A stretch of DNA of 64,000 nt from the human T2T-CHM13v2.0 reference genome, Homo sapiens. The stretch lies in NCBI RefSeq assembly GCF_009914755.1, contig NC_060928.1; one strand, 5' to 3'. A program made the translations under genes and the position numbers. Within the stretch, counting starts at the first letter, position 1. Each line of letters opens with the position of its first letter. Of this stretch, positions 55,811-64,000 are shown in pieces. The notes under the pieces are model-generated. The model was not told the DNA's origin and ran no database searches. It saw nothing but the letters and a program-made list of their open reading frames with translations.

Positions 55811-56099
55811 GGATATTTGAAAAAATTCTGTCTATTCTGGACATCTCCCAAATTAGTATTGTTTGCTTAAGTCTGAGATTTATGTTACTGTCATGTAAAG
55901 TTGGTGATGTAATTTAAAAATTATATATAATTTCAAAAGTAGTAGTCTTCAAGATAATATAGTCTATCTTCTTCTGTCAAATCTTTTTTCAAAATCTTAT
56001 CTCTTTATTCCTATTTCCTCTACCCTTTTTTTATTCCTTGCAATTACTTTAACAATCTAATTCTGATGAACCAGTTTTTCATGTATCATCTAAATGGTG

Positions 56100-56532
56100 T
56101 GTGGGACTTCGTTGGCTCCCCCGATGCATGCCCCTTGATAGTCATGCCCATCTGAGTTCCCTCCATATCAACTCTAGGCTTGCTCATGTGGCTAGTTTTG
56201 GCCAATGCAACATTAAAATCAGGCATTAAACTGTCTTCTTGAAACATCTTCCTTGGATCCCAGACATACTATAATATGAGGTAGGCCAAATAGCTATATG
56301 GAATAATCTACATGGAGAACTGAAGTCCCTGCCTAACAGCCCCAGCATTCATCCACATGAGTGAGGCCATTTGGACCTTTAATTATACCTGGGGGCCTAT
56401 ATGATATCTCATGAAAAAAGGGAGCTTCATGATCAACCCAATCAAACCACAGAATCATGGAATAATAATCAATTTCTAATATTTTACCCACTAAACTTCG
56501 AAGTAGTTTGTTACAAATAGATAATCAAAACA
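56100..56532 (+). mobile_element. Old MaLR MLT1 (F-H-like) solo LTR
   Basis: CATGTGGCTAGTTTTGGCCAATG...CACATGAGTGAGGCCAT...CCACAGAATCATG...TTTGTTACAAATAGATAATCAAAACA; TSD TGGTG / TGGTT. Confidence 0.7.
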
Positions 56533-56803
56533 TGGTTTTTCCCCCCACAGCTAGATTTTAGTCCCTCAGAGCATCTCCCTCATGGCTACCCAGTCCACAG
56601 CTATATTTCAAATCCAATGTGTGCATTAGAAAAAACAAAAATGAAACAGAAATGGTTTATCTCCTAAAAGAGCTTATAATCTAGTAGGCAAGCTATTACG
56701 TATGTAACTAAATTTTAGGTTGAAAGTGATAAGTTTCTTCAGAGTTTCAGAGGTAACATTCTATGATGGTTGAGTAGAAGGATGGGTGAAACATCTTATA
56801 GGT

Positions 56804-57602
56804 TGCCATGCATGGAGGCCATGAAAATATACCACTCAGATTCCCTGCTCATGGGAAAGTAGTTAACTGCAAGTTCCAACAGGTGGCTCTCTGGATCTAC
56901 TGCTGTCTTTGAGCTTAGGCCACCCTTTCTATAGGATCAAATGAGCTAATCACTGAGCATGTGTCTTAGTCCATGCGAGTTGCTATAACAAAATACCAGG
57001 GACTTGGTGTTTACTAACAACAGACATTTATGTCTCATAGTTCTAGAGGCTGGTAGTTTCACAATGAAGGTGGCAGCATATTTGGTGTCTGGTGAGGGCC
57101 CACTTTCTGGTTCATAGACTATGCATGTTAGCTTTGCCTTCACATGTCAAGGGGATGAGGAATTTTTCTCCAGCCTCTTTTATAAGTTCATTAATCCCAA
57201 TCATGAGGGTGGACTACCTAATCACCTCGCAATGTTCCTACCCCCACCTTGAGGATTAGGATTTTAACATATGAATTTGGTGGAGAGGACACAAATATTC
57301 AGTCATAGGAGTGGTGATTCTAATTCTGGCTCATTCCTTTGAGATGTGTAGCTTCTCTAATAGGAGACTCGGAATTGAAGATTTCACACTGGTCTGGCTG
57401 AAACTTTCACAAAAATCTGCTGAAGGATAACACACTTCCTCCATGATTGTCCTTCCTTTTACTTTTTCCTCACGTTTCAGACTTGTAGGTCCTTGCCTTC
57501 TTCTCCCTCCTCTTTAGATTTTACAGGCCTTTTCTGAAAAAAATAATCTCTTACATATCTAATCCGATATTGACATTTGTTTCTTGGGAGAGCAGAACAC
57601 AC
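56804..57602 (+). mobile_element. LTR16-like ERVL solo LTR containing a nested MaLR LTR
   Basis: CCACTCAGATTCCCTGC...CTAATCACTGAGCA, resuming GGTCTGGCTGAAACTTTC...AATAATCTCTTACATATCTAATCC; TSD TAGGT (56799-56803) / CAGGT (57603-57607). Confidence 0.65.
56962..57310 (-). mobile_element. MaLR MSTD/MLT1A-like solo LTR nested in the LTR16
   Basis: TGTCTTAGTCC...TGCTATAACAAAATACC...TTGGTGTCTGGTGAGGGCCCACTTTCTGGTTCATAGA...TTTAACATATGAATTTGG. Confidence 0.82.
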
Positions 57603-58019
57603 CAGGTGTATTGAGTCTTGAAGGACAAGATTTGAACACCGGAAGAGAAATGGAATTCAAGGAGACAGAAGCCATTTGAAAAGGGAATTGAAAGAGGAAA
57701 AGCTTGATGACTAATATGTGAAATAATATTTCACAGGAGCATAATGAATAGGAGGAAGGATCAAATGAATCACAGAAGAAAAAGTAACATGTGATCTTAA
57801 AGTCAAGACAAAAGAGTTTGGACATTGGAATAGATAAACAGGGAAGCGTGGAAGAATTTTGCATGAAGGAATAACATAATCTGAGTTGTGCTTTAGGAAA
57901 AGTCATCTGCTACTAGGGTCTCCTAACTCTTCTAGCCAAGTAGGAAGTCAAGTAAAAGACTGATCTTATAAACCAATGGGGAAATTGACACAAGCTTGGC
58001 ATGAGGAATAATGATGACA

Positions 58020-58250
58020 ATGATAACTCCCTTACATGTATACAATGCTGTGGGCTTTACAAAAAGCTTTTCACACAAATTTAATTGTATTGTCATAAAT
58101 TTAGGGAGTTAATTATTTTTATCTCTACTTTATAGATGAAGAAACAGAAGTTCAGAGACCCAGATAATGTCATTTAACTTCAGTGCAGTTTGTAGCTAAC
58201 AAAGCTAGGATGTGATATCATATCTTCTGATTCCAAATCCAGGGCTCTTT
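58020..58250 (-). mobile_element. MIR SINE
   Basis: CTTTACAAAAAGCTTTTCACAC...TTTATAGATGAAGAAACAGAAGTTCAGAGA...CTTCTGATTCCAAATCCAGGGCTCTTT. Confidence 0.72.
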
Positions 58251-58592
58251 ATAATTACATCAAATTTTAAATCCGAAAGACACTGAGGTGAAGCATCAGT
58301 CAACTAATGGAGAAATTAGAACTTGTGAGAGTAGTTAGTGTTGGAGAAGTATCTTTTGGACCAATATCTAAAGAGAAGTTGGAGGAATCCCTGAGTTGAT
58401 GTATTAATGAAGAGAGTTTAGGGAGAGAAGAGCATTCTGAAAAGTATAATGACTACTTTAGCTCAATGCTTAAGCAACAAGAGAAGGATCTGCAACTAGA
58501 GAAAAGAACAACAAATGTTCATTCAACAAATATTTATTGAACACCTACTACTTACCAGCCTAGGGATAAAGAGTTCAAAAAATAACCGACAA

Positions 58593-58910
<318 letters not shown>

Positions 58911-60729
58911 TTATATTCTGGAGATGTCAAACAGGCTTAAAGATTTTTAACATTCACACATGAGCAAATGAAAGAGCTGGTTTGAATGTGCTTCTGACCT
59001 GACATTTACATTTGGTCTCAGGAAGTGAGATATGTCTTCACATCACTATAAAATGAAGTTGCATCTCTTATTTTTGCTGTTAGGCCAAATTCAATTTCCA
59101 GACATAAAAACCACTGTTGTGTTCTTGATTGGAAAATGTGAAAGCAATTTACCTTTGGTGAGTTAATGTACAGCCCCTGGTCTCTATATTCTTATAAATG
59201 TTTATAACTTTTTAGAGTTTACAAAGCACCATATCTATCTCTTAGGATATGTAAATTTTGTCTAGGTGTATTTTTGAAAAGTTGAAGACCTAGTTATCCT
59301 AAGGCAGATTTTTTTAATTAATATTACTAGAGGAGAATGGAGGTGGCTGCTGCATTTCAGAGGGCTGTTTCTTGTACCTGTGTTTCTATGTTTTTACTGC
59401 TTTCCATCTTACCAGACATTGTTAGACACAGCCAATGATCAACAACAGCATTTAAATCATCTTCATAATTGACTTCATTTATAAGAAATGATTTACTTAG
59501 ATTTAGAAGATTATCCAAACTACTATCTTAAGTTTTTTTTTAAAGCAAATACAGTTTTTGTTGCATTCTCTAAGTTCCCATGAATAAACTTAAGAAAGTA
59601 TATCCTTTAAAATTACTGGATTTAAAAATATTGACGTTTATGCTTTCAGATATAAAAAGATGCACACTTCTGTAATACAGAAACATACAATCACACATGT
59701 ACACACATGTGCCATGCATACAGTCTTATTCCACAATAAAGCTGAGTTTGCACTCAGCATTTACTATAAGTTAAAATAAATCTCTCTCACACACACATAC
59801 AACCTATGTACCAATCTGAAATTATGGCCTCAAATAGTAAAATGCCATAAAAACCTTAATTGCAGGGGCATTAATGGGAACCTCTATAATACTGGGAAAC
59901 TGCCCACTGAATAATGCCTCTCCAGAGAGACTTGCTGACTACACACACACCTGGCTCCGTAAATGAAAGCAGAGCCCGTGCCTCATTTCATCCCTTCAGC
60001 CTTGAAACTGCTTAGAGTCCTCACTCTGCTCATTTTGATATATCTCTCATGAGTGACAAGTATATCCACGAGATAATAAAATGTGTTAAGATAGTCAGCT
60101 TGGCAGTGTTTTTGCTGATGTATTAATTCATTTCTTTTCACGTGCTATATCACCACAATGTCTCACCAGATTTTATGAGAGGGTTCACTGAAGTGAAAAT
60201 CAAGCCAATGAATCGTTTAATATGAACTAATGAAAACCAGATATAAAAGGCTTTAGTAACTGTTTTGGAGCTTTAATTGTCAAATGGGTGTAAATTCTGA
60301 GCACTTCTAAGTAAGAGAAAGGACTGTAATTATGAAATTGGGATTACTCTGTGATAATTGGTTTGATTAAATAGTCATGTAAACAATGATGTCCTGAATG
60401 AAAACACTGAACTAGGAAGGAGGAAATGGTTTCTCCAAGGTAGGAGATGCACTTTAGACAAAAGGGTACCATTATGTATATTTTCTTTGCCATGGTTTGA
60501 GAGAAATCATTGGTAGCATGTTATAACCATTTATACAAAGCTCACTTTGTTCAAAGACATTCATAAAGACATTTACAATATTTTGAAAAAACAAAATACG
60601 TCAAAACTCCTGTTGTTTGTTAATGATATTGATGCAATAAATTGATGGATTTGCTACACAATTAACTGTTACAGTGCACAAAGAGGATCTAAAAAGAAGA
60701 CAGCTATAAATACTGCACATAGGTTATTC

Positions 60730-61530
60730 TCAGATATGGAAAGTATTTTTATTGTGTTAAAATAGGCAGTGTCTATAATAACTGATTCAGGAAAAGATGA
60801 CCAATAGGTGTTAAAACCATGGGGTAAAAAATTTTTAGGGAATAGGGTATTGATAAGATGCCAGAGTATTATCCAACAGATTATTTGCTAAATACAAAGA
60901 AAAAAATTACAACTTTAAGTCAGAGCCTTAAATAAATGATCAAATTTAGCATCATCACTGATAATGCTTCTTGGTATGGTGCAGTAAAAAGTATGTAATA
61001 TCCCTTATGTAATATGTTTGTGCCAAAATATTTAAACTGAATTTAATCTTGAGAAAATAAGCAGACAAATCCAGAATGTAGATAAATTCTATAAGACAAC
61101 TGGCCTGAACAAAACACAATGCCATTTAAAACAAAACAAAAAAACCCTCAAAATATAAATGGAGGAAAGCACCATCCTAATTCCAAAAAATGTAAAGAGA
61201 CAGAACACCAAAGGTAAGGATTAATTCCTGGATAGGAAAAAAGAAAGATACTTCTTTTGAGGACAATTGAAATGCATAGTGTATTTTGGATATTATTGCA
61301 TTAATATGGACTTTCTTAGTATAATAATGTAGGTGATTGTCTTATTCTTAGGATATGTATGCTGCAGTAGGGCATAAATACAACATCTGCAACTTCCTGT
61401 CAAATAGTTAATCACAAAAAAACAGAAGAAGAGGTAAGTGTGGCAAAATGTTTAGTTTGATGAAGACTATATGTGTACTTACCTTTCAATTTTTCTGTAG
61501 TTTAAATATTTTCAAAACAAAAAAATTAGA
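60730..61530 (+). mobile_element. Old L1M (MC/ME-like) 3'UTR
   Basis: CAGACAAATCCAGAATG...ATTCTATAAGACAACTGGCCTGA; ends TTTTTCTGTAGTTTAAATATTTTCAAAACAAAAAA. Confidence 0.7.
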
Positions 61531-62410
61531 GAAAATCAACATTATATATGTGGTGTTTTAAAGTCAGATAAATATATTTCCGGTTTGTTGAATAGATACA
61601 CACTTTTACATCCCCTCATAACTAGCGTTATTAAACTGTGGTTTATGAACACTTATACACAGATAAATGTGATAAACAAAGTGACAACTATTTTCCGAGA
61701 ACTCATATCCCAAGTTTCTCATGAAATAAAAGACTCAAAGATGTCAATTGCTTTTTGCTCCATCTTACTTCTAGGAACTATATTTAGCCTTCTTATTATA
61801 GATGAAGAAATTTCAAAGGGATTAGTCAATGCAACTCTGTAATTTAGACCAATTTTATCTTGGCACATTTTAGACAATGCTGAAATAAAATGTTCATTCT
61901 TAAAAAGACATTCATATGCATTTTTGTTACATAAGCTTTTAAACAGCCTTGGAAAATGAAGAATTCAGTCATTTAGTAATTTTGTTCATATTATTTATTT
62001 GACTCACTCTATCCAATAATTTGATTCCCTTGATTGTTGCAAATAGCTACATTTAGATGTTTGCCAAAAATTATGCAGGAAAATGGTATGAAAAATGATA
62101 CGAGAGCATATCTTCCTCTTTTTGTTTTTTGGTGACAGGTCTTTCCAACGTAATTGCAGAGTACATTTTTAACTTCTTGTGCTTACATTCCCAACATGGA
62201 AATAGTTAATACTCATGAACATAGAATTAAAAATACTTCAATATACTGTTTTTCAAAATAGTGAATTGCCTAAATGTGGAAGTGGCTGTTAATATGAGTT
62301 TCATTACATGACCTTTATGCTTTGTTGACCTAGCTCATTATCATATGTGATCTGAGAGTATCCCAGAAATGCAAGGATGGTGTAATGTCAAGATATAGAT
62401 TAATATGACA

Positions 62411-62780
62411 TGTTGTGGTCTGAATGTTTGTGTTCCCCAAAATTTGTATGTTAAAATTCTACCCCCCAAGGTGGTGGTATTAGAATAGGAGGTGGGGACT
62501 TTAGGACATGATTAGATCATGACCACAGAGCCATCATGATTATGATTAGTTTCCTTATAACACAGACCCCAGAAAGCTATTGCCTTTTTCTGCCATGTGA
62601 GGACATAACAAAATATGCCTTCTATAAACCAGGAAGTGGGCACTCACCAGACACTGAATCTGCCAGTGCCTTGATCTTGGACTCTGCAGCCTCCAGAACT
62701 GTGAGAAATCAATTTCTGTTATTTGTTTAAAAGCCACTGGCTTATGTTGCTTGTTAGAGCAGCCTAAATGGGGTAACACA
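62411..62780 (+). mobile_element. MaLR MLT1A-like solo LTR
   Basis: TGTTGTGGTCTGAATGTTTGTGTTCCCC...CACCAGACACTGAATCTGCCAGTGCCTTGATCTTGGAC...GCCTCCAGAACTGTGAGAAAT; TSD TGACA / TTACA. Confidence 0.88.
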
Positions 62781-63216
62781 TTACAAATTCCATCAATAGA
62801 TCAAATATATTAAAACTATTCTTTTCAAGAGATGAGGAAAAGGCATTCAATAACATTTCAACCATTTCTATTTAAAAATCCCAATTATTCTATTAAAAAT
62901 AAACCCAGAAATAGGATTCTATGCTAATATCATAAATAGTATTTGCTTTAAGTAAACAGCTAACATTATGTTTAGCAGTACAACTTTAAAGACATTCCCA
63001 ATAAAATTAGAAACATATAATGATGACAATAACACCATTATATGTTAACCTATTTTTTGGATAAGTTTTGTAATATGCAGTTAAACTTGAGGTAGGAATG
63101 GAAACTATAATTTTGGAAATGACAAAAAATATCACTATTTATAGACTATATTAATATATACTTATAAAAGTGTCCTAATTAAAGAAAATACACACAAAAG
63201 AAAAATTTAGTAAGTA

Positions 63217-63503
63217 TTTTTTTTGAGATAGGGTCTTGCTTTGTTGTCCAGGCTGGATTACGGTGGCATGGTGATGGCTCACTGTAGCCTCCACTTCCTG
63301 GGCTCAAGCTATCCTCCCACGTCAGCTCACTAAGTAGCTGGGACTACAATGTAAGCTACCACATCTGCTAATTTTTAATTTTCTTTTAGAGATGGGGTTT
63401 CATTATGTTTCCCAGGCTGGTCTCAAACTCCTGGCCTTATGTGATTCTCCCACCTCTGCCTCTCAAAGTGCTGGTATTACAAGCATAAGCCACCACTGTG
63501 AAC
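63217..63503 (-). mobile_element. AluJ SINE
   Basis: GATGGCTCACTGTAGCCTCC...CCTGGGCTCAAGCTATCCTCCC; diverged. Confidence 0.9.
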
Positions 63504-63827
63504 TAAATTTAACAGGAAATATGTAAGATATGTGTAAGGAAAGTTATAAAACCTTTTTGATTAATGAATAAAGATTAGAAAAAACAAAATTTCCAATAAC
63601 AGAGAGATAGTTAATATGGTATATCCACTCAATGGAATATATCAAAGCTAAAATGTCAGTCTATATAAAAATAAATATCACCTTTATAACTGATAAAACT
63701 TAGTTTGGCTTTATATGACAGCCAGAAAGGCTAGACTAGAAACTTCTTTCTCTTATGTGGAAGACTGAATCTGAAGGGCAGATGTACGAATTCAGATCAC
63801 TATTTCTCAACAATCTGGATTGAGAGG

Positions 63828-64000
63828 TGTTATGGACTGAATGTTTATGTCCCTTGCAATTCATATATTGAATTCCTAACCTTCAGTATGGCTACATTTG
63901 GACATTGAGCCTCTAAGGAAAAAATTAATGTTAAATGATGCCCTAAGGGTGGGGCCCTGATCTGATAGGATTAGTGTCCTTCTAAGAAGTGACTCCAGAG
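63828..64000 (+). mobile_element. MaLR MLT1A1-like LTR, runs off the window
   Basis: TGTTATGGACTGAATGTTTATGTCCC...GGGTGGGGCCCTGATCTGATAGGATTAGTGTCCTT. Confidence 0.82.

Larger units (their letters stand above)
62355..63620 (+). mobile_element. Very old L1M ORF2 (RT region) fragment interrupted by an MLT1 and an AluJ
   Basis: TCCCAGAAATGCAAGGATGG...AGATGAGGAAAAGGCATTCAATAACATTTCAACC...AAACAGCTAACATTATG is collinear with ORF2 of the L1PA3 at about 30680-30910. Confidence 0.65.

Overview
AT-rich, CpG-depleted, repeat-dense primate (human or other hominoid) intronic/intergenic DNA; not prokaryotic. I can support no intact host protein-coding gene, RNA gene or CRISPR array; nearly all ORF-track entries are Alu/L1/LTR-derived or chance ORFs. 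Main contents: (1) a full-length but disabled L1PA3-like LINE-1 on + (26861-33018, about 6158 bp, TSD) that keeps its YY1 site, the ~129-bp ZNF93-target segment and an open antisense ORF0; (2) a full-length processed RPL30 pseudogene on - (about 8048-8512), missed by the ORF track and nested in an old L2; (3) a ~5.5-kb L1PA15/16-like element on - and several older L1M pieces; (4) nine Alus, many MaLR/ERVL/ERV1 LTRs, and MER58/MER3/MER33/MER47-type DNA transposon fossils, often nested; (5) microsatellites, small tandem duplications and hairpins, two motif-dense enhancer candidates and one weak candidate exon. Repeat subfamily names come from recalled consensus sequences and need RepeatMasker/Dfam confirmation. 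I found no convincing previously undescribed biological system; the findings are leads.
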